From Nitrospirota bacterium (lineage in GTDB: Bacteria; Nitrospirota; UBA9217), in contig CAWJQQ010000009.1 of assembly GCA_963845065.1 (NCBI GenBank), forward strand, positions 736,001 to 800,000: 64,000 nucleotides of DNA, given 5' to 3'. Position numbers and translations under genes: made by a program. Positions 21,564 to 32,175 of the stretch are shown here, in pieces; position 1 is the first letter of the stretch, and every line of letters starts with the position of its first letter. The notes under the pieces are model-generated. The model did not search any database. It saw only the letters and a list, made by a program, of their open reading frames with translations, and had not been told where the DNA came from.

Positions 21564-23189
21564 TTACTCTGGTAAAGAATAATCCTTGTATTGCGTCCTC
21601 AACTTCTTCTTGTCGAACTTCCCGACGCTGGTCTTCGGCACCACGTCAATGAAGACAATATCGTCCGGGATATACATCTTGTTCAAGCGTGAACGTAGGT
21701 AGTCAAAAATTTCGGCCTTCGTTAGGTTGTCTTTGAATTCGGGTTTGGGCACTATGCAAGCCAGCGGGCGTTCCTGCCATTTGGGATGCGTAACGGCGAT
21801 CACTGCCGCCTCCAGCACTTTGGGATGGGCCATGATAGTGTTCTCTAAATATTGGCTCGAGATCCACTCGCCGCCGCTCTTGACTAAATCCTTAGTGCGG
21901 TCAACGATCTGTACAAAGCCCTCCGGGTCAATCGTGACAACGTCGCCGGTTCGGAACCAGCCATCCATGAACGACCCGGCGCTTCGCTCGTCGTTATAGT
22001 AACTGCTGATGATCCACGGACCTCGCACCTGTAATTCGCCAAATGCTTTGCCGTCCCATGGAATTTCCTTCTTGGATTCGTTGACTGCGCGTATTTCAAC
22101 TCCGGGCACGCTCAAACCTTGCTTGGCGAGGATATTGAACCTCTCAGCTTCGGGAAGATTAAGCTGGTAACTTTTCAAATGACACACTGTGCCAACGGGC
22201 GACATTTCGGTCATGCCCCAGGCATGGATCACCTTGAGTCCATGCTTTTTGTCGAAGGCTTCGATCATGGATTGCGGCGCGGCGGCTCCGCCTACTATCA
22301 TGCCATGCAAACTGCTCAGGTCATATTGCTCTTTTTCCAGCAGGTTCAAAATTCCAAGCCAGAGAGTTGGGACACCCGCGGTTAAGGTCACCTTCTCGGC
22401 CTGGATCAACTCGGCCAGATCGCGCGGTTGCAGGTGCGGACCGGGGAAAACGAGTTTCGTTCCAAGCATTACGGAGGCGTATGGCGTTCCCCATGCCAGT
22501 ACATGGAACATTGGGACGACCGGCATGTATACATCCCTCTCCGAAAGTCCGAGCGAGTCAATCATGCACAAGGCCATACTGTGTAAATAAATCGAGCGGT
22601 GCGAATAAACCGCGCCTTTGGGGTTACCCGTCGTGCCGGATGTGTAACACATGGCTGCGGCATCGTTCTCATGCAAGTTTGGCCAGGGATATTCGGGGCT
22701 GGAATTTTTCAACAGGTCTTCGTACGCATGTACTGGCTTAAGGGTGGTACCTTCGGGAACCTTATCACCCATGACAATATAATGTTTTATGTTTTTCAGG
22801 TGTGGGGCAAGTTTTTCAATGGTGGGCAAAAGTGAAGGGTCAACGAACAAGACTCGGTCATCTGCATGGGCGATGATGTAAGTAAGTTGATCGTCAGGCA
22901 GGCGCAGGTTGAGCGGGTGAAGTACTGCGCCCATGCACGGCACGGCAAAGTAAAGTTCGAGGTGACGGGCATTGTTCCAGGCGAAGGTTGCCACACGGAC
23001 GCCGCGTTTGACGCCCAGTTTCTCAAGGGCGTTGGCGAGTCGGGCCACGCGTTCAGTCATTTGGGCGTAAGTGAACCGTTCCAATCCCGACCCTGTTTTG
23101 GTTACAATTTCCTTTTTGGGAAAAAGCTGCCGTGCCCGTTCCAACAGTGGCGTAAGCGTAAGCTGGTAGTCCATCATCTGTCCTTGCAT
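21564..23189 (-). CDS. long/medium-chain fatty acid-CoA ligase (AlkK/DmdB-like)
   Basis: YTSGTTGNPKG, WGMTE, FRTGD, DRTKDLVKSGGEWISS, PKTSVGKFDK. Confidence 0.95.
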   Translation of the reverse strand: MQGQMMDYQLTLTPLLERARQLFPKKEIVTKTGSGLERFTYAQMTERVARLANALEKLGVKRGVRVATFAWNNARHLELYFAVPCMGAVLHPLNLRLPDDQLTYIIAHADDRVLFVDPSLLPTIEKLAPHLKNIKHYIVMGDKVPEGTTLKPVHAYEDLLKNSSPEYPWPNLHENDAAAMCYTSGTTGNPKGAVYSHRSIYLHSMALCMIDSLGLSERDVYMPVVPMFHVLAWGTPYASVMLGTKLVFPGPHLQPRDLAELIQAEKVTLTAGVPTLWLGILNLLEKEQYDLSSLHGMIVGGAAAPQSMIEAFDKKHGLKVIHAWGMTEMSPVGTVCHLKSYQLNLPEAERFNILAKQGLSVPGVEIRAVNESKKEIPWDGKAFGELQVRGPWIISSYYNDERSAGSFMDGWFRTGDVVTIDPEGFVQIVDRTKDLVKSGGEWISSQYLENTIMAHPKVLEAAVIAVTHPKWQERPLACIVPKPEFKDNLTKAEIFDYLRSRLNKMYIPDDIVFIDVVPKTSVGKFDKKKLRTQYKDYSLPE

Positions 23190-23641
23190 AATTAGCCTCC
23201 TATTTGCGAAAATGTGGAGAAACTTAAAATAGCCTGGACGCGCACCTGACCGTATCTGATTATTTAATTGACAGAGCCCAACTTGAGGATAAGACGCGCT
23301 ACTTCGTGCCCACTGGCCTAGATGCGGAGCGCAACGTTGACACGAGTGCTTACTCTCTTCAAAATAGCCCCTCTATCATACATGCATTCCTGTCTAAACA
23401 ATGACCAAGTCGCTTGATTCTGATAGAACTAATCGGCTCCTGAGTGCATCGCGGCCTTTCTATTCTAATTGAACGCAAAATGGATACTCATTTAGCTGAT
23501 ACGAAAAAAGAGCAAAATTATTTAGTTGAATATATGCCTGAATCGGGGAGATGTCAACGATATGGATTAAATAATTTTATGGGTAGCTACTCTTGGATTT
23601 AGCTTACATTAAATGTTGCAAATAATTTAAACTATTTTAAA

Positions 23642-25079
23642 CCTGAATCCGGCGTGAGCCGGAATCTACTATGTTGAATCGACCCTTTTAAAATAGTGTT
23701 ATAATGCCAAAAAGTGTTTGGAACCAAACCTACCTTTTTGATAGGTTACATTCCTATGCCATTCGGACCCAAAAATCTCAAAATTTCCTTCACCGGGAAG
23801 AACGTCACTCACTTCGGTGGCGTATATCTTCTGCATCTCTTTTTCAAGCGCATCAAGCTGAAGGCTCTTCTCAGCAAAAAAGTTTTCTTTGCTCAGCGCA
23901 ACAACCATTACACCATATCAGAGGTGATTCTTGCACTGGTATATCCCATAGCTCTTGGATTCGGCAGGATCGAGACGACTCACCTTCTACGACACAATGG
24001 AGTCTTCCAGTATCTGACGGGATTGCCCTCCTATCCCGATCCACAAACCCTTCGGCGCTTCCTTCTAAGAATGGCGCCGCTGTCTCTGTCACGGCTCAGG
24101 CGGCTTCACGACAAACTGCTCTCGTCGATGATGCTAAGACCCTCTCCGCCTACACGCATTATATTCGATATGGACTCCACCGTCCTAGTCCTGTACGGCA
24201 AACAGGAGATGGCCAATATCGGATACAATCCGAAGAAGCGCGGAAGGCCATCATACCATCCTCTTGTCTGTTTCAACGGCATTACCAAGGACTACTGGCA
24301 CGGAGAGCTTCGGCCAGGCGATGCGCATACCGCAGCAGGAGTCCTCAACTTTCTGGATGCAACCTTTGCCAAAGTGCCTTCTTCGGTAAAAGTCATAATC
24401 ATCAGGGCAGACAAGGGTTTTTTCGACCACAAAACTGTCGAGTATCTGGAATCCAAGAGCGCCTTGTTCGCTATCGTCGCCAAGCTAACTCCACCGATCA
24501 AACGAAAGCTTGGTGTTTTGCCGTATCACCCTTATACATCCGGCATCGAGACGGCCGAGCTTACATATCCCATCAAGGCGGGACACAAGGAGCATCGGTT
24601 CGTCGTAATCCGCCGTCCGATACCAGAAGACCCATCGGATCAGCTCTCTTTGTTTACTCTGGGCAAGTACAGTTATCAGGTCATCGTGACAAACTTGAGC
24701 CTGACTCCACTCAACACGTGGAAATTTTACAACGGTCGAGCCGGCGTGGAACTCATTATAAAAGAACTCAAAGGAGATTATCCTTTAGCGAAGATACCAA
24801 CCAGACACTTTGCCGCCAACGAAGCGTATTTTCACATTCTTTTGTTTTCATACAACTTGATCAACTGGTTCAAGCGCCTTTGCTTGCCAAAAGGTCTGCA
24901 CAATATAACGCTCAATACGTTACGATCACGTCTTCTACTTATTCCAGGCGTATTGGTAAAATCTGAAAACCGACCGACACTCAAATTTCCGGCCAATCTC
25001 TGGTATCGTGAAGCTTTCGAGTATGCGGTAAAGACAATTGCCCGGCTGAAATTCTGACCATTTTCACGCCGGATTCAGG
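23642..25079 (+). mobile_element. IS1380-family insertion sequence (type B), copy 1
   Basis: IRs CCTGAATCCGGCGTGA / TCACGCCGGATTCAGG; TTAAA on both flanks; 1438 bp. Confidence 0.93.
23756..25057 (+). CDS. IS1380-family transposase (ORF track start 23714)
   Basis: DMDSTV, IRADKGF and YNGRAGVELIIKELK motifs. Confidence 0.9.
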   Translation: MPFGPKNLKISFTGKNVTHFGGVYLLHLFFKRIKLKALLSKKVFFAQRNNHYTISEVILALVYPIALGFGRIETTHLLRHNGVFQYLTGLPSYPDPQTLRRFLLRMAPLSLSRLRRLHDKLLSSMMLRPSPPTRIIFDMDSTVLVLYGKQEMANIGYNPKKRGRPSYHPLVCFNGITKDYWHGELRPGDAHTAAGVLNFLDATFAKVPSSVKVIIIRADKGFFDHKTVEYLESKSALFAIVAKLTPPIKRKLGVLPYHPYTSGIETAELTYPIKAGHKEHRFVVIRRPIPEDPSDQLSLFTLGKYSYQVIVTNLSLTPLNTWKFYNGRAGVELIIKELKGDYPLAKIPTRHFAANEAYFHILLFSYNLINWFKRLCLPKGLHNITLNTLRSRLLLIPGVLVKSENRPTLKFPANLWYREAFEYAVKTIARLKF

Positions 25080-25469
25080 TTAAACTATAATGAATACAGC
25101 CCTTATGATTAAAGTGGCAAGTCTGGCTTAAGGTATATATATCAGGACGACGAGAATACGCCTAAGTAGTAGTACATCCTACTACGGTCAGATGATTTTC
25201 CGCAAAATCTTTGGTACGGACCCTAGTATGCTGGGTCGTGTGGGACTTAAAGGTCACCCAATTAGCTGCCTCAGACAACAGGCTACGCCAGCTCTTCGTT
25301 CTACTCGCGGAGACTCTTCTTATCTACGATACCGTTGATTACAAATAGGTCGCGTCGGATGAACTCTTCTGCTACTTTACGCCTATAGTAGACACACCTA
25401 TTATGCTCATTTATTATTTCAAGCTTTCTACCGATGACGTTTGCCTTTCTTTCGTCCGTGCGACGCGTT

Positions 25470-27080
25470 CTACCCCAAGCGGTTTTTTTCGTCTATGCTA
25501 GACGCTGCATTGTTCTTGTTAAACCATTTTTTTGTTCGATATCCCCATCCTATACCGAGCAGGGCAATAATTGCGCACAACCATCCGATCCAATCACCCA
25601 ACACAGCATAGACAGTACGCCCCTGCATCAAAGGTATCCTACCGGCGAGGGTTGCCTGAGTCCACTGGGCAGTGCGGCGGTCGATCCGCCCAACCGGGTC
25701 CACAATGGCTGATATACCAGTATTGGTAGACCGGACGAGAGCACGCCGGTGTTCAATTGCCCGGAAACTTGCGAGGACCAGGTGCTCCAAGGGTTGAATC
25801 GTGTTGCCGTACCACGAATCGTTTGTCAGGTTGAACATCGCCTCGGGTATGCGATGGTCCCGACCTCCCTGCATAAGCGTGCGGATGTGTTCGGGGAATA
25901 TATCTTCGTAGCAAATGCTCACGGATAGGACGTGGCCGTTAAGTTGAAGGGGTTCCGTATTCTTCCCTCTCCAGAACCTGCCTGAATAGGGTGACCACGA
26001 ATAAAATTTGGGGAAGATGTCGCCGAAGGGGATGTACTCGCCGAAGGGGACAAGCACCATCTTATCATACGTGCCGACGATGCGGCCCGTTGCGTTCACG
26101 AGAATAGCGCTGTTGTACATGCGGCGCTCGCCATGCTCTTCAGTGCGAATGATGGTGCCAAAGAGCAGCGGAGTGCGTAGATCTCCCAGTAGGCTAGTTG
26201 GCAATACTGCCTCACGGGACGCGAGATTCAGGGCGAGTACGCCTTCAGGCCAGACAATGATGTCAAGCGGTTGTGTCTTGATAAGCTCGCGGGACAGTTC
26301 CTGGTGTTCGCGAAGAAAAAGGTTCGCGTCAACATGTTCCTCCGCGGCCCCTAGGTTTGTCTGCACCACTCCGACTGCCAAGGATCCGGCTGATAATGTG
26401 CTCCTGTCCACCATACCGATACGAAGCGCGCCGTAGATCAATACCACCCCTATAACAGACGCCAAGACGGCAGCTGGTCTCCACGGATGGGGATGCTTGC
26501 TGCGAATCCGCTCGATCACCACATGAATTGTGGAGTTCGTGTATACGAGCAGAAAGGTGACACCTAGGATTCCAGTAATATCCGCAATCTGTGTCACCAG
26601 GGAAAGTTTATACTGACTAGCGCCAAGGTAGTTCGGGAACAGTTGGGGCCAGAACTTTTCAGTTGCTGTCCACACTACTGGTGAGACCCATGCCGTACTC
26701 CAGCCCGTATCGCGGCAGATTAAGCGGGTAGCCCAGGCCCAGATCGCGAAGACCATTCCATTTGCCGCGGATAAAAGCAGCAGCCCCAGTGCAGCAAGCG
26801 GCCATGCCAGCTCTGCAAACTGTTGGAGCATTGTGACAATCCAGTAGAATCCGCCCCCGTGGCCTACGATGCCCGCGACCCATCCTATGAGGAACGCACG
26901 GCCCGGTGTCTGTTCGCTGATCGCCCAGAGTATCGGCACCAAGCATATCCACTCGAGGTAGAACTGGTCAAAGCCGACATAGCCGAGAAACGTCAACAAT
27001 CCTCCTGCAACGGCGGCGAACCACGGCAGCAACGAATGCATCGGCGCTGAGTTTTTCTTCATTGCGTCGTTATTTATCAT
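25470..27080 (-). CDS. lnt: apolipoprotein N-acyltransferase
   Basis: N-terminal TM helices; nitrilase-fold triad WPEG / YDKMVLVPFGEY / ICYED; TNDSWY; RSTNTGIS. Confidence 0.93.
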   Translation of the reverse strand: MINNDAMKKNSAPMHSLLPWFAAVAGGLLTFLGYVGFDQFYLEWICLVPILWAISEQTPGRAFLIGWVAGIVGHGGGFYWIVTMLQQFAELAWPLAALGLLLLSAANGMVFAIWAWATRLICRDTGWSTAWVSPVVWTATEKFWPQLFPNYLGASQYKLSLVTQIADITGILGVTFLLVYTNSTIHVVIERIRSKHPHPWRPAAVLASVIGVVLIYGALRIGMVDRSTLSAGSLAVGVVQTNLGAAEEHVDANLFLREHQELSRELIKTQPLDIIVWPEGVLALNLASREAVLPTSLLGDLRTPLLFGTIIRTEEHGERRMYNSAILVNATGRIVGTYDKMVLVPFGEYIPFGDIFPKFYSWSPYSGRFWRGKNTEPLQLNGHVLSVSICYEDIFPEHIRTLMQGGRDHRIPEAMFNLTNDSWYGNTIQPLEHLVLASFRAIEHRRALVRSTNTGISAIVDPVGRIDRRTAQWTQATLAGRIPLMQGRTVYAVLGDWIGWLCAIIALLGIGWGYRTKKWFNKNNAASSIDEKNRLG

Positions 27081-27877
27081 GCTTGCATTTGAACCAATTT
27101 ATGGAAAGTTGGAAACATGACAGGACGTTGAGTGACATCTGGTACCTCATTGCGAAGAGTATTTTTGCTTAGCGGTAAACTTAAACATTGTCTGGTCAAA
27201 AAACTTATCCGGAAAAGGACAAAAACTATGGCGAAAAAAATAAAAAAAATAATGTATTTTATTTTTTTTTGACGCCGTGAGTTAGTGCCATAGTTATTCA
27301 AATAGGTAGCAATACTCATAGATTGAACAAATGGTTTTCATCGTGGTTTGGAACAATATCCATCCGAGAACAAGGACTCCGCTGTTGAGCCCGATCTTCC
27401 ACATCCTCGTCGGTTATGGACGTCAGCAAATCAGGGGTAATGCTAGAGACCCCACAGAGAGAGAGCAGACTGCGATTACAATCAAGGAGTTTCGAAAATA
27501 CCATGGAGGTCTTTTCTTTTACAAAGCGTGGGGATGGATGCATCCAGTACTCACCACGGTGTTTATTCTATATCGAGTATCTAACATCTTCAACGACCAG
27601 ATAAATATAGTGTTGGTACTAGACGGGGAAAAGCTCATTTCTTTAATAAAAAGAGGAATAACCAGTTAAAGAAAGATTGACAAAACTGCTGCCCATCCAT
27701 GCCAACCTTTTGATAAAATAGCGCGGCGGCAAACCCCTCATGTTTTAGCGGTGGGAGTGCGTCAAGCTAAAGTACCTTCAGACTACGCAAAAGCCAAATG
27801 AAAACCCCGCCGCGTCTTGGCGGCGAGGTATTGTCAATCCTCTGGGACTTCACTCCATTTATCTCGATAACCCCGGC

Positions 27878-28471
27878 TTAGTGCATGTGCTCGTGCATCG
27901 GCATGTCCTTGTGCTCTGTATCGCTGCTCCTCATTCCGCAGCCCGCACCGCGATCTGCTTTTATCATCTCCTTCAGCCTCATCCTTTGATCGGGCGTCAG
28001 TATGGACTTCATCTCTTCATGTGCTTTGATAAGAGCAAGGAACATCTCCGCTTTGAGCGACTCGTTCTTCCTCACCGAAGCTTCGACTGACTTCATGTCT
28101 ACCGGTTCCTTTCCGAGTAGGTCTTTAAGCTCGATGCCGGCGATCTGTTTGTCCGCTCTCCTTTTTATCATGTCCTTTATCGTATTGCTGCGAAGCGCCT
28201 TGAGAGCATCTATCTGTTTATCATCGAGACCGAGACTCATGAGGTGTTTCCACATGGGATGGTCATCATCCATCATCATTCCACCGCCGTGCATGCCGCC
28301 CATGGAGTACAGCATACCGATGTCCTGGTGTCCCATTCCATCCATCATGCCGCCTTCTTTCATCCCCCCGCCTTTTTCACCCATGCAGCCGCACATCTGT
28401 GCATGAGCATTCGAGACCAGTGAGGAAATAAAGATAAACACGAAGAATATGCTTACAATACTTTTTTTCAT
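27878..28471 (-). CDS. Spy/CpxP-family periplasmic protein, Met/His-rich (possible Cu/metal binding)
   Basis: GGAGG RBS before ATG 28471; signal peptide AHA/Q; LGLDDKQ and ILTPDQR LTXXQ-like motifs; MHEHMH tail. Confidence 0.8.
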   Translation of the reverse strand: MKKSIVSIFFVFIFISSLVSNAHAQMCGCMGEKGGGMKEGGMMDGMGHQDIGMLYSMGGMHGGGMMMDDDHPMWKHLMSLGLDDKQIDALKALRSNTIKDMIKRRADKQIAGIELKDLLGKEPVDMKSVEASVRKNESLKAEMFLALIKAHEEMKSILTPDQRMRLKEMIKADRGAGCGMRSSDTEHKDMPMHEHMH

Positions 28472-28835
28472 TTTCATACCTCCCTTGAATTTATACGCAC
28501 ATGCGATCAATGATAGCAGAGAGAGGAAATAAATACAACCCTTCGATTGCATATCGAAATTTTGCAACATTTCCAAGATGTTGTAGAACGCATGCTGGTT
28601 CACGTTCCCGTTCATGTGGTGCAGAGGAAATTTGAACTTCAGGGAGGGCCGGGAATCAGGTGATTTTTTAATGCGCTGATAGCAATGCTACAATAGTTAT
28701 GCATTGGGTATGCAGTTATCTGTGCTGAGAAATCAACAAATGTTCTAGCTTCCTTGTTTTCTGCACTAAATAATTATTATAAGCACATAGACATATTTCA
28801 AAGGGTTGGAGTTTCCAGTCTCTGAAACAGTTAAA

Positions 28836-30273
28836 CCTGAATCCGGCGTGAGCCGGAATCTACTATGTTGAATCGACCCTTTTAAAATAGTGTTATAATG
28901 CCAAAAAGTGTTTGGAACCAAACCTACCTTTTTGATAGGTTACATTCCTATGCCATTCGGACCCAAAAATCTCAAAATTTCCTTCACCGGGAAGAACGTC
29001 ACTCACTTCGGTGGCGTATATCTTCTGCATCTCTTTTTCAAGCGCATCAAGCTGAAGGCTCTTCTCAGCAAAAAAGTTTTCTTTGCTCAGCGCAACAACC
29101 ATTACACCATATCAGAGGTGATTCTTGCACTGGTATATCCCATAGCTCTTGGATTCGGCAGGATCGAGACGACTCACCTTCTACGACACAATGGAGTCTT
29201 CCAGTATCTGACGGGATTGCCCTCCTATCCCGATCCACAAACCCTTCGGCGCTTCCTTCTAAGAATGGCGCCGCTGTCTCTGTCACGGCTCAGGCGGCTT
29301 CACGACAAACTGCTCTCGTCGATGATGCTAAGACCCTCTCCGCCTACACGCATTATATTCGATATGGACTCCACCGTCCTAGTCCTGTACGGCAAACAGG
29401 AGATGGCCAATATCGGATACAATCCGAAGAAGCGCGGAAGGCCATCATACCATCCTCTTGTCTGTTTCAACGGCATTACCAAGGACTACTGGCACGGAGA
29501 GCTTCGGCCAGGCGATGCGCATACCGCAGCAGGAGTCCTCAACTTTCTGGATGCAACCTTTGCCAAAGTGCCTTCTTCGGTAAAAGTCATAATCATCAGG
29601 GCAGACAAGGGTTTTTTCGACCACAAAACTGTCGAGTATCTGGAATCCAAGAGCGCCTTGTTCGCTATCGTCGCCAAGCTAACTCCACCGATCAAACGAA
29701 AGCTTGGTGTTTTGCCGTATCACCCTTATACATCCGGCATCGAGACGGCCGAGCTTACATATCCCATCAAGGCGGGACACAAGGAGCATCGGTTCGTCGT
29801 AATCCGCCGTCCGATACCAGAAGACCCATCGGATCAGCTCTCTTTGTTTACTCTGGGCAAGTACAGTTATCAGGTCATCGTGACAAACTTGAGCCTGACT
29901 CCACTCAACACGTGGAAATTTTACAACGGTCGAGCCGGCGTGGAACTCATTATAAAAGAACTCAAAGGAGATTATCCTTTAGCGAAGATACCAACCAAAC
30001 ACTTTGCCGCCAACGAAGCGTATTTTCACATTCTTTTGTTTTCATACAACTTGATCAACTGGTTCAAGCGCCTTTGCTTGCCAAAAGGTCTGCACAATAT
30101 AACGCTCAATACGTTACGATCACGTCTTCTACTTATTCCAGGCGTATTGGTAAAATCTGAAAACCGACCGACACTCAAATTTCCGGCCAATCTCTGGTAT
30201 CGTGAAGCTTTCGAGTATGCGGTAAAGACAATTGCCCGGCTGAAATTCTGACCATTTTCACGCCGGATTCAGG
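28836..30273 (+). mobile_element. IS1380-family insertion sequence (type B), copy 2
   Basis: Near-identical to 23642-25079; same IRs; TTAAA flanks. Confidence 0.93.
28950..30251 (+). CDS. IS1380-family transposase (ORF track start 28908)
   Basis: Identical to copy 1 except one R/K substitution. Confidence 0.9.
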   Translation: MPFGPKNLKISFTGKNVTHFGGVYLLHLFFKRIKLKALLSKKVFFAQRNNHYTISEVILALVYPIALGFGRIETTHLLRHNGVFQYLTGLPSYPDPQTLRRFLLRMAPLSLSRLRRLHDKLLSSMMLRPSPPTRIIFDMDSTVLVLYGKQEMANIGYNPKKRGRPSYHPLVCFNGITKDYWHGELRPGDAHTAAGVLNFLDATFAKVPSSVKVIIIRADKGFFDHKTVEYLESKSALFAIVAKLTPPIKRKLGVLPYHPYTSGIETAELTYPIKAGHKEHRFVVIRRPIPEDPSDQLSLFTLGKYSYQVIVTNLSLTPLNTWKFYNGRAGVELIIKELKGDYPLAKIPTKHFAANEAYFHILLFSYNLINWFKRLCLPKGLHNITLNTLRSRLLLIPGVLVKSENRPTLKFPANLWYREAFEYAVKTIARLKF

Positions 30274-30537
30274 TTAAATTATCAGCCTCTACGTTAAAAT
30301 CTGTATATAAAACACTCAATCCAAATACTCAATCCATCGTTGACTTCTATTTGAATCAGGCTTATATTCGTGCAAGTGCTGTGATGGCGTGTCATACTCG
30401 AAGCCATCTCGATAACATCACTAGTCCGAATGTTATAGTGGTGGCTATTTAATAATTGGTTGAGCATGGCAGTTACACAGTTTCCGCAATTATGCTTCCA
30501 TGAAAATTAACTCACCAATAGAGAAGGTGTTGTAATT

Positions 30538-32022
30538 ATGTTGTTGGTATTGCCAGCAGTCATCCTCGCCTTTCTTTTTCTCGACCCTTCTCTTTGCCGG
30601 GCTGATGCTATTTCTTCGTTAATCAACGTAATCACGCCCGATAGAGCTATACCTTTAGTAATACTCACCGTACTTATCATACTGGTTGAAGTCTTATTAT
30701 TACGTAATTTGTATGATGCCTTCCATGATCCCCTAACGGGGCTTCCAAACCGGACGCTTTTCATAGATAGGCTACAACACGTTATCACTGCGGCGCAGCG
30801 GCGGTCCGGCACTCCCAACTATGCAGTATTCTTCATCGACATGGATCGTTTCAAGATCATCGACGACAACCACGGTCATACCATTGACGATCAACTCATC
30901 GTTGTGGTAAGCCGCAAGCTTGCCGATTGTATCCGGCCCGGAGATACTATCGCGCGAATCGGAGGCGATGAATTTGCCATTCTCCTGGAGAACATCAGGG
31001 ACCCCGCTTACACCGTCAACGTCGCTGAGCGGATTCAGGCGAAATCTGTCCTCCCGCTCAATATCAAAGGGCACGAAATAATTACTTCAATCAGTATCGG
31101 AATCGCATTAGGCTCCAACCACTATGAACGGTCGGAACAGGTTCTTCGCGACGCGGACATAGCGATGTATGAGGCAAAAGAACGAGGGAATGCATCGTTT
31201 GAAATCTATAATGCTAATATGCATGCCAATATCCTGAACCGAATGCAATTGATAGCCGATCTGCGGGCAGCAGTCGACCATAAGGAACTTGCTCTCTACT
31301 ATCAGCCCATAATGGATCTGATGACTCAACAGTTGACGGGATTTGAAGCACTTGTCCGCTGGAATCATCCAACGCGGGGCCTCATCTACCCCATCGAGTT
31401 CATCCCTTTGGCAGAGGAACATGGACTTATCTATCAGATCGGAGATTGGATACTTCACGAAGCTTGCCGCGAGCTGAAATTGCTTCAGATACGATATCCC
31501 TTGCAACCACCGCTTAGCATGAGCATCAATATTTCAAGCAGGCAATTCTCGCAACAGGATCTCGTCGGCATACTCTCCCGATTTCTGGCGGAGACGGGTG
31601 TTGATCCGAAAACCTTGATATTGGAAATTACCGAGAGCATGATTATGGAGCACGTCGATGCTGCAGTAGATACAATGAAGCGGCTGCGAAACATGGGGAT
31701 ACATCTCCATATTGATGATTTTGGCACCGGCCATTCGTCACTGAGTTACCTGCAACTATTTCCGGTCTGTGCGCTCAAGATCGACCGTAGTTTTATCAAC
31801 AAACTTAACACCAACGGTGAAAATCAGGAGATCATCACACACATTGTTTCCTTGGCAAAGAACCTGAACTTCGAGGTGATTGCCGAGGGAGTCGAAATGG
31901 AGCATCAATTAGCCAATATAAAGAACCTGCACTGCGGCTATGGTCAGGGTTTCCTTTTTGCCCGTCCCATGGCTTTTAATGCAATAGACGTGTGGATGCG
32001 AGAACAAAAGCGTCAAGTCTGA
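30538..32022 (+). CDS. membrane-anchored GGDEF-EAL protein (GGDEF partly degenerate)
   Basis: Two hydrophobic N-terminal segments; GGDEF; FEALVRW; DDFGTG; IAEGVE. Confidence 0.92.
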   Translation: MLLVLPAVILAFLFLDPSLCRADAISSLINVITPDRAIPLVILTVLIILVEVLLLRNLYDAFHDPLTGLPNRTLFIDRLQHVITAAQRRSGTPNYAVFFIDMDRFKIIDDNHGHTIDDQLIVVVSRKLADCIRPGDTIARIGGDEFAILLENIRDPAYTVNVAERIQAKSVLPLNIKGHEIITSISIGIALGSNHYERSEQVLRDADIAMYEAKERGNASFEIYNANMHANILNRMQLIADLRAAVDHKELALYYQPIMDLMTQQLTGFEALVRWNHPTRGLIYPIEFIPLAEEHGLIYQIGDWILHEACRELKLLQIRYPLQPPLSMSINISSRQFSQQDLVGILSRFLAETGVDPKTLILEITESMIMEHVDAAVDTMKRLRNMGIHLHIDDFGTGHSSLSYLQLFPVCALKIDRSFINKLNTNGENQEIITHIVSLAKNLNFEVIAEGVEMEHQLANIKNLHCGYGQGFLFARPMAFNAIDVWMREQKRQV

Positions 32023-32175
32023 CCACTCCCCATAGTTCAAGCTAGGGGGTTCTGACGGCAATACCGACAGTCTCTCTGGCAACAACGCAAACATTGCCAG
32101 CCTCGACTGTCGTTGATCCGTCTTTGACGGGCGAGCAGCTCTGTCTCCGGTCTGCGCTTGTACTTACCTTCATCC
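32019..32175 (-). ncRNA. orphan omegaRNA scaffold / right end homologous to the intact tnpB element at 52044-53724
   Basis: Reverse complement aligns by eye with 53590-53724 (RRQSCSPVKDGSTTVEAGN... vs RRQSCLPVKNGSTIVDAGN...); ends GAACCCCCTAGCTTGAACTATGGGGAGTGGTCAG. Confidence 0.75.

Noticed and set aside
23276..23340. attC-like GCCCAAC...GTT segment
   Set aside because: Incomplete inverted core, and no integron integrase or cassette array
27077..27669. Short ORFs between lnt and the Spy/CpxP gene
   Set aside because: Mutually overlapping, with no RBS or motif support
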